A stretch of 64,000 bases of DNA from a virus (taxonomy: Duplodnaviria; Heunggongvirae; Uroviricota; Caudoviricetes), in the IMG/VR virus record IMGVR_UViG_3300014598_000002; one strand, 5' to 3'. A program made the translations under genes and the position numbers. Shown here one piece after another: positions 8,789 through 18,264 of this stretch. The notes below the pieces were generated by a model. It was given only the letters and a program-made list of their open reading frames with translations, did no database searches and was not told where the DNA came from. Numbering within the stretch: the stretch's first letter is position 1; each line of letters begins with the position of its first letter.

Positions 8789-11161
8789 ATGTCCAAAGCC
8801 ATGACCAGATCTGTGCTGAAAGAGGTACAGGACTTTCGCGACTGCGTAAAACGAGTTGTAGCGATGCTATCAGGCAAACAGATACCTGTTGCAGAGCGAG
8901 GCAATGAAGCATATGTCCGCTACAACCGGCGCGGCGAACCAGTGCTGGTAAACATCCCATCTATACCGGACGACGCGTCACCAACCCTCATGAACGCAGT
9001 ACGTGGTTTTCTCGACCATGAGGTAGCCCATATCCTCTTTACTGATCCGAAAGTCGCAATGAAGATGCGCGAGAAAGGAAAGGCTCCGTCTACCGGGCTT
9101 TGGAACGCGCTGGAAGACGTTTTTATTGAACGCAGAATGGGACAGGTATTCAACGGAACTCGTCGCAATTTGCTGGCCACACAGAACCTGGTGATCGACA
9201 AATACTTCATGGGCAAAGTTTCAGAGGCGGTTTCAATCTGCCACGGCAACCAGCGTGAATTGTTCCTGAAATTCTTCCTTTGCCCGGTCGTTCGCGCCTG
9301 GGATGGCCAAAGCCCTTTCATCGACTTTATGGAAGAACACTGGCACCTCATCGAGAAGCCTGTGGCCTTGCTCAAAGAGCATGGTATCGACGTGGCCGTT
9401 CGCAATATGTCGAACACAGAAGACTGCGTGAAGGTAGCAGCTGCTATCGCCCAAATCATGCAGGATATGAAAGACAAGCCAGAGGGCAAATTACCAGAGC
9501 TTAAATCGTCTGCTAGGAAGCCGTCGAAGAGTGAGGATGAGTCAGAGGAAACCCCAGAAGCCGGTGACGAACCGACTCATAGTGAATCAGCACCAAAGCG
9601 TACCAAAGGCGAAGACGACGACAAGGAAGAGCAAGAAGATGATGCCTCAGAAGAGGAAGAGTCTGGGGATTCTGATTTGCCTGAATCAGTAGATAAGGAC
9701 TTACCTACAGAAAATAAAGAAATTAGTGATACAGAAAGTAAATATACAGAAGCAGGCGAAGAGGAATCAGGAGACACCCCAGAATCCGATGATGCCGGCA
9801 TGGAATCAGGTGATTCTGATGACGAAGGTGGTAGTGATGACACTGGCTCTCCAACGCCTGGTGATGGCATTCGCGAAGACGCCGATGACTCCGATGGTTA
9901 TGGCTCTGGCGCCGCTGGCGATGGGGATAGTGATAGTGATGACGGCGAAGACTCCGATGCCGGTCACGGGGAGTCGGAAGGAGAAGGCGAAGAGGAAGAT
10001 GATGCCGCCGATCAAACAGACGGCGAAGGTAAAGAAAATGAGGATGCTGCGGAAGCGCCTGAAGACAGTGAGTCAGGCTTTGTTCCTGCTCCGGATGAAA
10101 TGACTCTGGAGGACGCACTCAAGGCGCTCGACGAGATGGAAGACGGAACAGGCGAAATGACCGAAGACGCACTGTCGGCCACCATCAGCAAAGAGCTTAT
10201 GAGCACCTCACTTTCTGAGTATCGCCCATACGATCGTTCATACGACTTTATCGGGTTGATTGATGAGGCTGAAGAGCATGTAAAGCGCACCAGAAAGACG
10301 TTCGGCGCAATCCCGATGCACTCACCGGTCGATCGCTACCGCATGGTTCCGGAAGGCAGAAGGCTCTTTGAACTGAAAATCGAAAAACATCTGTCAGCAG
10401 GCGTTTCTTCGACTCTGGCCAAAGACCTGGAGCGAGCTATCGCCAGCCGCAATCGAGTTCAGTTTATCCCAGGCCAGAGACGTGGGCGGATACATGGCGC
10501 GAACCTGTATCGTCTGGCAATGAACGACGACCGCGTGTTCCGCAAGAAAGAAGACCACAGAGCGGTGAACGCGTGCGTCCAGCAAGTGATCGACTTGTCC
10601 GGCTCAATGGGCGGCAGGAAGATTCAACTGGCACTCGCCAGCGCCTACACCATTGCGGATGCTCTGGATCGTATCAATGTGCCTAACATCATCACCGGCT
10701 TTACCACGTTTGGTAGCCCAGATTATGAAACCATGTCGAAGCGCGGGTTTACTCGTTTCGAGGCGCTAATGCTGCCCATTATCAAAAACTGGAATGAGAA
10801 AGCTAACTCTCCAGAGATCCGCGCCCGCATGGGCTGCGTGTGTGAGACGTTCCCCCTGCTCAATAACGTCGATGGTGAGAGCGTCGCGCAGCTGGCGACT
10901 CTGTTTGCAGGGCGAATGGAGGACAAGAAGATCATGCTGGTTATGAGCGACGGGGCGCCATGTGCTGCAGGCGATGGGTTCCATCAGCATTTGCGAACCG
11001 TCACCAAAGAAATTGAGACGTTGAGTGACATCGATTTGATGGCTATCGGCGTTCTGACCGACGCACCACGGCGTTACTACAAAAATTACGCACTGGTAAA
11101 CAGCGTAGAAGAGTTAGGGCCGTCAGTCGTCACAGAGCTATCTCGTATCATTCTTGGGTAA
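8789..11161 (+). CDS. cobT: CobT-like vWA-domain protein with long acidic D/E/S/G-rich insert
   Basis: C-terminal MIDAS motif DLSGSMGG (DxSxS). Internal low-complexity acidic region of about 200 aa. Start at the internal ATG with an AAGGA RBS. Confidence 0.75.
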   Translation: MSKAMTRSVLKEVQDFRDCVKRVVAMLSGKQIPVAERGNEAYVRYNRRGEPVLVNIPSIPDDASPTLMNAVRGFLDHEVAHILFTDPKVAMKMREKGKAPSTGLWNALEDVFIERRMGQVFNGTRRNLLATQNLVIDKYFMGKVSEAVSICHGNQRELFLKFFLCPVVRAWDGQSPFIDFMEEHWHLIEKPVALLKEHGIDVAVRNMSNTEDCVKVAAAIAQIMQDMKDKPEGKLPELKSSARKPSKSEDESEETPEAGDEPTHSESAPKRTKGEDDDKEEQEDDASEEEESGDSDLPESVDKDLPTENKEISDTESKYTEAGEEESGDTPESDDAGMESGDSDDEGGSDDTGSPTPGDGIREDADDSDGYGSGAAGDGDSDSDDGEDSDAGHGESEGEGEEEDDAADQTDGEGKENEDAAEAPEDSESGFVPAPDEMTLEDALKALDEMEDGTGEMTEDALSATISKELMSTSLSEYRPYDRSYDFIGLIDEAEEHVKRTRKTFGAIPMHSPVDRYRMVPEGRRLFELKIEKHLSAGVSSTLAKDLERAIASRNRVQFIPGQRRGRIHGANLYRLAMNDDRVFRKKEDHRAVNACVQQVIDLSGSMGGRKIQLALASAYTIADALDRINVPNIITGFTTFGSPDYETMSKRGFTRFEALMLPIIKNWNEKANSPEIRARMGCVCETFPLLNNVDGESVAQLATLFAGRMEDKKIMLVMSDGAPCAAGDGFHQHLRTVTKEIETLSDIDLMAIGVLTDAPRRYYKNYALVNSVEELGPSVVTELSRIILG

Positions 11162-11257
11162 TTGCTTTACCCGTAAAAATAAGTAATCACTTACTATAAA
11201 GCCTATTATATTTATATAAGATATACCCCACGAACGACAAACAGTAAGGAAAAACAC

Positions 11258-12493
11258 ATGACCGCTACTGCACTACAGCAAGAAGAACATTTGCCGGAAG
11301 CCATCGTCTGCAAGTGGTGTGGCAAATCCTTTCATTACCTGAAATCCCATATCTCTATGGGCCGCTGCGAGAACATTCCTGAGTCCGCGAAAGGTCTGGA
11401 CGTGGACGAGGTGGTGAAAATGTACACCACTGCGTTTCCGGATGAACCAACGATCTCTCGCACGGCACTGGCCAAACTCAATGAGAAGCGTGCCGAAAAG
11501 CATTCAGGCGAAGGAAAAGTAGCGGAGATTAGCGCACACCCGGGCTACGCAGGAACGGTCGAATACAAGACCGAACTGGTGGCCGCGCACGAGCTGCTTG
11601 GCGTAACGATCAAAGAGCTGGGAACGCCACGCGGAAAACCACTACAGGTGACAGTCAATGTCAACACGCCATATCCGGAGTTCGTACCGGAAGCGAAGAA
11701 GAACTATGTGTATGGCGACTTCGACCTGATTAAAGACATCTTCATGATGCTGGAAATCGGAATCCCAGGCTATCTCTGGGGTCATGCAGGAACCGGTAAA
11801 TCTTCTCTTCCTACGCAGCTATGCGCCCTGCTGAATCGACCACTGATCCGCGCCCAGCATACGGCGTCTATGGAAGAAGCACACGTTACAGGCCAGATCC
11901 TCGCTCGCGATGGCTCCACCTACTTCGAGCCGGGTTTGCTGGCGCTGGCGATGAAAAATGGCTGGGTGTACCTCGCTGATGAATATGACTTCGCGTTCCC
12001 GCAGATTCTGGGTGTGTACCAGCCAGTTCTTGAAGGAGAACCGCTGATCATCAAAGAGGCAACTCCGGACTGGCGCCGTATCACTCCGCATAAACGCTTT
12101 GCCTTCATTGGCACTGGAAACACTAACGGCTCTGGCGACGAAACGGGTCTCTATCAAGGAACGAACATCCAGAACGCGGCGAACTTCTCGCGCTTCGGCA
12201 TTGTTTCGAACGTGAAGTACATGAGCACTAAGGCTGAAGTCAACATGCTGGCTGAGGCTGGCGTCATCCGCGAATACGCCGAGAAGATGGTGAAATTCGC
12301 GAACCTTGTCCGTGAAGGTTATGAACAGCATCTGATCAGCCAGCCAATCGGCCCTCGCGAGCTGCTGCTGTCCGCAAAAATCGGAATGATGCGCGGTGAT
12401 TTCTCTGCCGGCATCGAAAAGTCGTTTATCAATAAACTTCCATCCACGTCTGCACAGGCAGCGCGTGAAGTGGTTCAGAAGATCTTCGGTTAA
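11258..12493 (+). CDS. cobS: CobS-like / MoxR-type AAA+ ATPase
   Basis: Walker A GHAGTGKSS, Walker B VYLADEYDF. Paired with the vWA protein as in CobS/CobT modules. Confidence 0.8.
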   Translation: MTATALQQEEHLPEAIVCKWCGKSFHYLKSHISMGRCENIPESAKGLDVDEVVKMYTTAFPDEPTISRTALAKLNEKRAEKHSGEGKVAEISAHPGYAGTVEYKTELVAAHELLGVTIKELGTPRGKPLQVTVNVNTPYPEFVPEAKKNYVYGDFDLIKDIFMMLEIGIPGYLWGHAGTGKSSLPTQLCALLNRPLIRAQHTASMEEAHVTGQILARDGSTYFEPGLLALAMKNGWVYLADEYDFAFPQILGVYQPVLEGEPLIIKEATPDWRRITPHKRFAFIGTGNTNGSGDETGLYQGTNIQNAANFSRFGIVSNVKYMSTKAEVNMLAEAGVIREYAEKMVKFANLVREGYEQHLISQPIGPRELLLSAKIGMMRGDFSAGIEKSFINKLPSTSAQAAREVVQKIFG

Positions 12494-12673
12494 TCGTGCG
12501 TAAAGGGTGTTTCGGCTCTCTTATCGCAGCGTCTGAAACTGGCCGGGCTTGTCTGGCGTGTCCGGATAGGCCCGAGTGCCACCAGTCAGCCAAAGAGGTT
12601 GCGATTTCGATGTATGGGAAGTTCGTTGGCTTCCCCAATGACAAAATCAAGAAAACCAGAAAGGTAAAAACAC

Positions 12674-15600
12674 ATGAAGGCTCTGATGGTCAGAACTGAC
12701 TTCTCCCTGGGAGAGTCGGCTCTAAAAGCAGAAAACGCGGTGAAAATCGCGAGAGACGCTGGCTACACCGCTGTCATTTCCGCTGACAGCATGAACATTG
12801 CCAGTGTGATCCCCTTGCAACGTGCCGCTGGCGACGACATGGCGGTTATTTGTGGTGTTAAGCTGAATGTTGTCGACGATCCGACATACGAGCACCGCGC
12901 CCGCCTTGCGAAAGAGTCAGGGGGATGTATGGAATCATTGGTACGTGATCGCAGCTACTGCTTCACGGCACTGATAAAGAACGAGCAAGGTTATCGCGAC
13001 GTGTGCGAACTGATGACCTTAGCCAACAAGCGCGAGCAATTCTACTTTGTCCCGCGTCTGGCGCTTGACCAGCTGGCGGCCGCATATGCCAAAGGCAACA
13101 TCATCCTGCTGACGTCTGACATTGGCAGTGTATTCCAGCGCCGGGACTTCGCAAAGATTATCGGGACGCTGGTGACAGCTGGAGGACGCGATAACTTCTA
13201 CAGCGTGGTTTATCCGCACCCTACCCCATTCTACGACCAGATTAACGTCCGGGCGATGAAAGTGGCGAGCGCACTGAAAATAGAGCCAGTGGCGTTCTAT
13301 CCTGCTTATTACGAAGCGGTCGACGACGCTGACATTAAAGACATTGCGCACATGGTTACGAACAACATCAAAATCGACCAGCCGCATCGTCTGCGTATTC
13401 CCCACCAGCGAGATAACGCCGTTAATGGTCGCCGCCATCTCCTTGAAGCGCTGAAAGCCTTCTCCGTTCGAATGGATGTGCCGGTAACATCTGCAATGGC
13501 CTCAACAACGCAGGACACCATTATTGAAGCCTGCACATGGCGCTGGCATGAATTGTCACCAGCACTGCCCAAGATGGCAGACGACGAGCCTGCAACGCTG
13601 ATGAAGCTGGCTGTCGCGGGGCTGCGCAAGCGTCTTACTACCAAAGAGTTTGGCTACACACCACCGGCTTCTGAGCACCGTGTGTATGTTGATCGCCTGA
13701 AGTACGAAATGGACACTCTGACCCGCCTGGGCTTCTGTGGTTACTTCCTGATGGTGCGCGACCTGATGAATCACAGCCGTGAAACTGGCATTCCTGTCGG
13801 GCCAGGTCGTGGTTCCTCTGCCGGTTCTCTGGTAGCGTGGTGCATCGGCATAACCAACGTCGATCCTATCCGTCACGGTCTTCTGTTTGAGCGTTTCATT
13901 AACCCTGAACGTCTCGACTTGCCGGATGCGGATCTGGACTTCAGCCAGGCACGTCGACATGAGGTGATCGAGTATCTGAATGAACGCTATGGCGAAGATT
14001 ACGTTGCAGGTATTCCGAACTTCACCTATCTGGGCGCGGCTTCGGCGCTGCGTGACACTGCACGTATTTACGGTGTCGACGCTGCGGATATGGCGGTATC
14101 CAAAGAGTTCAAGAATCTGGAAGACGATAGCCTGTCACTGGAAGAGCTGCGCGAGCAACTGGCCAGCCTGGACAAATACGCCACGAAAAACCCGCAAGCG
14201 TTCAAAGCGGCGTGTAAGCTGCAAAACCTAATGCGTGGTTTTGGCCGTCATGCAGCGGGGATGATCGTCGCTGGCGTTCCATTGGTAGAGCGCACGCCCG
14301 TCGAGCTGCGTGGCAACGCTCGCTGTATTGCGTTCGATAAACGTTACTGCGAGGCGATGGGGCTGATTAAGCTGGACGTTCTCGGTCTGGCAACGCTCGA
14401 TCTGCTGGATAGCGCTAAACGCTACATCAAAGAGAGTACCGGGGAAGACATCAATCTCGATGCCATCCCACTGGACGATCGCAAGGTTCTGGATGGGTTC
14501 GCTGCAGGGTACACGCAGGGCGTATTCCAGCTGGAGTCCGGCCCCATGCGCAAGCTGCTTAAAGATCTGGGCGGTGGCATTGAACCAATGAGCTTCAAAA
14601 CCGTTGTCGCCACTACCGCACTCTTCCGACCAGGCCCGATTCAATCCGGCATGTTGGACGACTATGTCTCCGTGGCCAAAGGCTTCATGGCTCCACAGTC
14701 GTTGCACCCGGTACTGGACGAACTTACCGCGGAAACCAACGGCGTGATTCTGTATCAGGAACAGACGATGAACGCGACACGATTGCTGGCCGGCTTCACG
14801 ATGGCCGAAGCTGATGGTGTGCGTAAAGCGATCGGTAAAAAGGATATGGAAAAGATGAAGAGCATGGGCGAGAAGTTCGTCGTTCAGGCTCAAGCTGGTT
14901 GGATCGACGTTGAGATGGAAGACGGCACAACGCAGCGTATTCACCGCGCGGAACACTTTAAATGTGAGGACGGCGCACTGCGGACGGTCGAAGAAGCGCT
15001 GGAGGCTGGTGTGAAATTGCCTATGGCTGCTGTACGCGTTACAGGGTCACAACCGGGCTTGTCTGAAACGAAAGCGAGGGAGATCTGGGCTGCCTTCGAG
15101 AAGAACGGTGCGTATCAGTTCAACAAATCACACTCCGTTGCCTACTCGCTGATCAGCTATCAGTCTATGTGGTTAAAGACACATTACCCTGCTGAGTTCT
15201 TCGCTGCTGCGCTCACCATTCTGGGAGAGGATAAGCACCAGGGGCTGGTTAAGGATGCGCTGACCTATGGCATTCGCGTATTACCACCAGACGTTAACGT
15301 GTCATCTAACCGAATTGAGATCCGCACGCTGGAAGACGGCAGCCAGGTACTGTATGCGCCATTCTCTGCTGTGAAAGGCTGCTCTGAGAACGGATGCCAG
15401 GCCATCATGAGAGCGCGTGAGAAAGTTGGCGGCAAATTCGAGTCACTTGAGCAATTTGAGGAAGCGGTCGAGAAGCGTGCGTGTAACAGCCGGGTACGCG
15501 AGTCACTGCAAAAAGTAGGTGCGTTCGCATCGATTGAGCCTGGCAGTCTGCCAGCGACAGATCCGGAACGACTGCGCGACCAGGCAGAGTTGATGGGCAA

Positions 15601-16192
15601 TCTGGTGATCGACGCTGTAAAAGCCTCTCGACCGTTCGAGATGAACCCTAAGCGCTCTGCTGAAGTGAATGTACTGATGACTCGCATGGCGGCAGAAATG
15701 GGTCTGGGAGACGACCTGATCCGCCCAAGCATTGGCATTAAGCCGAAAATCATGATCATTCTGGACAACGCGAACGGCAATGATGGGCGTACCGGCTACT
15801 TCATGGAGAACGGCTACGACGACTTTAAGGCGAAGTTGCTTACTGCAGGCGATCTGCGCATGGGCGATCTCTACGTCACCGGCGTGTGCAAAAAGGTAAA
15901 GGACAAAGAGAAGGATTACACCAAAGACGAGATCGGCCAGTTCACCGACTTTATGCGTGAAGAGATCAATCTGGTGCGTCCGACCTATGTGCTGACGTGT
16001 GGCAGCCGGGCGACGTCGCTCTTCAACAACAAGAGCAAACCATCCGACCTGGTTGGACGCAAAGAGTATCTGCCAGAGCTGGATGTGACCGTTTTCTACG
16101 GATTTAACCCGAACATTTTGTACTTTCGCCCAGAGGAAGGCGAAAAGCTGGAAGCAATTCTGGCAGAGGTAGCGGAGACTATTAGCAAATGA
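12674..16192 (+). CDS. dnaE: DNA polymerase III alpha-like (DnaE/PHP-domain) replicative polymerase
   Basis: 1172 aa. Hallmark DnaE core GFCGYFLMVRDLMNHSRETGIPVGPGRGSSAGSLVAWCIGITNVDP. Confidence 0.9.
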   Translation: MKALMVRTDFSLGESALKAENAVKIARDAGYTAVISADSMNIASVIPLQRAAGDDMAVICGVKLNVVDDPTYEHRARLAKESGGCMESLVRDRSYCFTALIKNEQGYRDVCELMTLANKREQFYFVPRLALDQLAAAYAKGNIILLTSDIGSVFQRRDFAKIIGTLVTAGGRDNFYSVVYPHPTPFYDQINVRAMKVASALKIEPVAFYPAYYEAVDDADIKDIAHMVTNNIKIDQPHRLRIPHQRDNAVNGRRHLLEALKAFSVRMDVPVTSAMASTTQDTIIEACTWRWHELSPALPKMADDEPATLMKLAVAGLRKRLTTKEFGYTPPASEHRVYVDRLKYEMDTLTRLGFCGYFLMVRDLMNHSRETGIPVGPGRGSSAGSLVAWCIGITNVDPIRHGLLFERFINPERLDLPDADLDFSQARRHEVIEYLNERYGEDYVAGIPNFTYLGAASALRDTARIYGVDAADMAVSKEFKNLEDDSLSLEELREQLASLDKYATKNPQAFKAACKLQNLMRGFGRHAAGMIVAGVPLVERTPVELRGNARCIAFDKRYCEAMGLIKLDVLGLATLDLLDSAKRYIKESTGEDINLDAIPLDDRKVLDGFAAGYTQGVFQLESGPMRKLLKDLGGGIEPMSFKTVVATTALFRPGPIQSGMLDDYVSVAKGFMAPQSLHPVLDELTAETNGVILYQEQTMNATRLLAGFTMAEADGVRKAIGKKDMEKMKSMGEKFVVQAQAGWIDVEMEDGTTQRIHRAEHFKCEDGALRTVEEALEAGVKLPMAAVRVTGSQPGLSETKAREIWAAFEKNGAYQFNKSHSVAYSLISYQSMWLKTHYPAEFFAAALTILGEDKHQGLVKDALTYGIRVLPPDVNVSSNRIEIRTLEDGSQVLYAPFSAVKGCSENGCQAIMRAREKVGGKFESLEQFEEAVEKRACNSRVRESLQKVGAFASIEPGSLPATDPERLRDQAELMGNLVIDAVKASRPFEMNPKRSAEVNVLMTRMAAEMGLGDDLIRPSIGIKPKIMIILDNANGNDGRTGYFMENGYDDFKAKLLTAGDLRMGDLYVTGVCKKVKDKEKDYTKDEIGQFTDFMREEINLVRPTYVLTCGSRATSLFNNKSKPSDLVGRKEYLPELDVTVFYGFNPNILYFRPEEGEKLEAILAEVAETISK

Positions 16193-16632
16193 ACAAAGAG
16201 AACACCATGAACGAGGCTCAGAAGATTGCACAAGCGCTGGCGGCTATCCCAGCAGATTTTCGGGATAAGGCAGTTGCAGCCACCATGCGGTCGCAGTTCT
16301 GGGAAATCATCGACTGCCCGGTCACGTTAGATCTGGCGCTGGCGTTCGCCGGGCTGGATGGCGCCGATAAAGTCAGTCGTCTGCGTAAATGTGCCAGAGC
16401 GCTGGCGCTCAAAACGCAAGATCCGAAGGCGTGCCAGTATCTGCTGGAGATCTACGAATCGGATAACCCAGAGGAACAGCTGGAGGCGTTCAAAGTGTTC
16501 CGCAATCGGCTGGTACTGAAGGTGGCCAAAGAGTTTATGGAAGTGAACAAGATTGGCGATGTGAGACAGTACAGGCTGAAGCGCCAGACCAGAGTCACGC
16601 TATCCAATATTTTTGGTAAGAAAGTCGCTTAA
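16189..16632 (+). CDS. hypothetical protein
   Basis: 147 aa. ATGA overlap with dnaE. Confidence 0.5.
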   Translation: MNKENTMNEAQKIAQALAAIPADFRDKAVAATMRSQFWEIIDCPVTLDLALAFAGLDGADKVSRLRKCARALALKTQDPKACQYLLEIYESDNPEEQLEAFKVFRNRLVLKVAKEFMEVNKIGDVRQYRLKRQTRVTLSNIFGKKVA

Positions 16633-16636
16633 TGAA

Positions 16637-16664
16637 ATGGCCCGATTCTTTCGGGCATTTTCAT
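16637..16664. terminator. intergenic hairpin terminator (GCCCGA-ttctt-TCGGGC + T-run), probably bidirectional
   Basis: Stem-loop followed by ATTTTC. Lies between convergent genes. Confidence 0.5.
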
Positions 16665-17587
16665 TAATAGTTATATATGTTATTTCTTATGATCTCTTGA
16701 ATTTGCACATTGACGGGGAAACAGCTTTCCATTTCATCTTTAAAAATAGAACTCTCACCTCTAAAGTGATATGCCAAATTTGAGAAGTAATCTAGCAGTC
16801 GGTCTAAATGAAGATCGCATAGTTCCATATATTCCTGAACTACAGGGTATTGCATGACAAGTAGTTTATTATCAGTTTTAAGTCTTAAAAATTCATCATA
16901 GTCATTAAGCAATCTATTCAAGGAATGAGGATAGGTCTCCCAGGCAACAGGGAATTTAAAATCCTCTTCCGGCAAACCTGATTCTTCAATTTCTTCATTT
17001 ACTTCGTTAATGACTTTCATAAGTTCATGTTTTGAACTCGTTGCCATCTCAACAACTTCCTTGTCAAGCTCGGTCATCCATAGCTTCGACCAATCCTGCT
17101 TGTGCATTGGACGAAGACGATGCTTGTGCGATTCAAAGATAATATTAGTTTTTGAATCCTTATTTTTTCGTGCCTTCTCAGAATAGTTATCAAGGCTTTC
17201 ACTATCTAAATGACGCCAGTATATTTCAGGCTCATCTTTAATATTCATTTCATTAAGACTTACAAGCACAATTACTACCGGCTCATGTTGAGAACTCCAA
17301 TAGCCAAGGTTATCAAGACCAACTCTAACACTTAAACTTTCTTCCATCTGTCTTGAGGTAGTTTTAACCTGAACAGAAATAAAAGCCCCTGTTGATTTGG
17401 TGTCATCTGCAAACATTTCAACCTGAGCATCAATTCCCATGTCAACACTCAATAGTCGACAAGGCCAGCCAAAGTATCGTGATATCCAGTAGGCGAATAA
17501 ATACTCCCCGGCATGTCCGTAGGCACTGGATTTTGGGTAAATCATCGCCTCTTTTGGTGACTGGTTGTTTGTCTTTGGTGATTTCAT
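16664..17587 (-). CDS. DUF4365-like protein (N-terminal PD-(D/E)xK-like nuclease fold) with acidic helical C-terminal domain
   Basis: AT-rich gene. N-terminus SAYGHAGEYLFAYWISRYFGWPCRLLSVDMGIDAQVE...ISVQVKTT resembles the DUF4365 core. Start set at the internal ATG (RBS AAGGA). The longer track ORF runs antisense into a good + gene. An alternative ATG at 17650 has a GGAGGG RBS. Confidence 0.5.
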   Translation of the reverse strand: MKSPKTNNQSPKEAMIYPKSSAYGHAGEYLFAYWISRYFGWPCRLLSVDMGIDAQVEMFADDTKSTGAFISVQVKTTSRQMEESLSVRVGLDNLGYWSSQHEPVVIVLVSLNEMNIKDEPEIYWRHLDSESLDNYSEKARKNKDSKTNIIFESHKHRLRPMHKQDWSKLWMTELDKEVVEMATSSKHELMKVINEVNEEIEESGLPEEDFKFPVAWETYPHSLNRLLNDYDEFLRLKTDNKLLVMQYPVVQEYMELCDLHLDRLLDYFSNLAYHFRGESSIFKDEMESCFPVNVQIQEIIRNNIYNY

Positions 17588-17713
17588 TTTTAATTCCTTG
17601 TTAAAACTCAATCTTCCCCTTTCGCCCCAAAAATGTCTACCGCCAATCATGGCAGTAACCCTCCATTTGTTTGATATAATCAGATACATAAAAGTAAGCT
17701 GGAACCTATCAAT

Positions 17714-18145
17714 ATGAACACCGATATCTACGAAAAAATCATGTCCGACCTGGAGTTCGACCGCGACAATCTGGAGGAAGTCTGGCGTCAGCAACCGCGC
17801 CTGTTGATGGAGTACGGCTCTAAGCTGGCGCGGGCAGAACGCGAAGTCGCAGATGCAAAACTCTCCCTCGATGCGATTGAGGCGAAAATCTACGACAATG
17901 AGCGTAAGAACCTGAGTATGAACGGCATTAAGTTCAATGAATCCGTACTGGAGGCGAAGGTTAGAACCAACCCGCAATACCTCGCGAAGCGCCAGAAACT
18001 CGACGATGCCCGGCACATTGCAGATCTGTACAAGCACGCTGTAGCCGCCTTCTCCCACCGCCGCGACATGATTGTCCAGGCGTCCAAAATGGCTATCGTG
18101 GAGATTGAACGTTTGGGCGCCGAACGTTTCCACTCCCCCCGTTAA
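17714..18145 (+). CDS. hypothetical protein (coiled-coil)
   Basis: 143 aa with backbone-like composition. Confidence 0.5.
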   Translation: MNTDIYEKIMSDLEFDRDNLEEVWRQQPRLLMEYGSKLARAEREVADAKLSLDAIEAKIYDNERKNLSMNGIKFNESVLEAKVRTNPQYLAKRQKLDDARHIADLYKHAVAAFSHRRDMIVQASKMAIVEIERLGAERFHSPR

Positions 18146-18264
18146 TTTATGCTAGATCGTAAGTAAGTACTGATCTATCATTCTTCTCGCTCGAAAGAGC
18201 CACGAATAAACGAACGCCCAACGCGCATAGCGCCAATGGCCACAATCACAACAAGGAGAAATAC

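Noticed and set aside
9233-10290. Multiple 60-130 aa ORFs on both strands inside the cobT-like gene (for example 9577-9870, 9723-10118, 9726-10103)
   Set aside because: They arise from the GA/GAT-rich acidic low-complexity insert, and all overlap a strongly supported long gene.
13019-16231. Several 100-240 aa antisense ORFs inside dnaE (for example 14228-14956, 15503-16231)
   Set aside because: They are fully nested antisense to a 1172-aa conserved polymerase gene, with no RBS and shadow-frame codon usage.
16664-18133. 489-aa minus-strand ORF from the six-frame track
   Set aside because: Its first 180 codons run antisense through a well-formed plus-strand gene (17714-18145) with backbone composition. 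A good RBS and ATG lie at 17587 (or 17650), where the AT-rich foreign segment begins, so the long version is an artefact of an open antisense frame.
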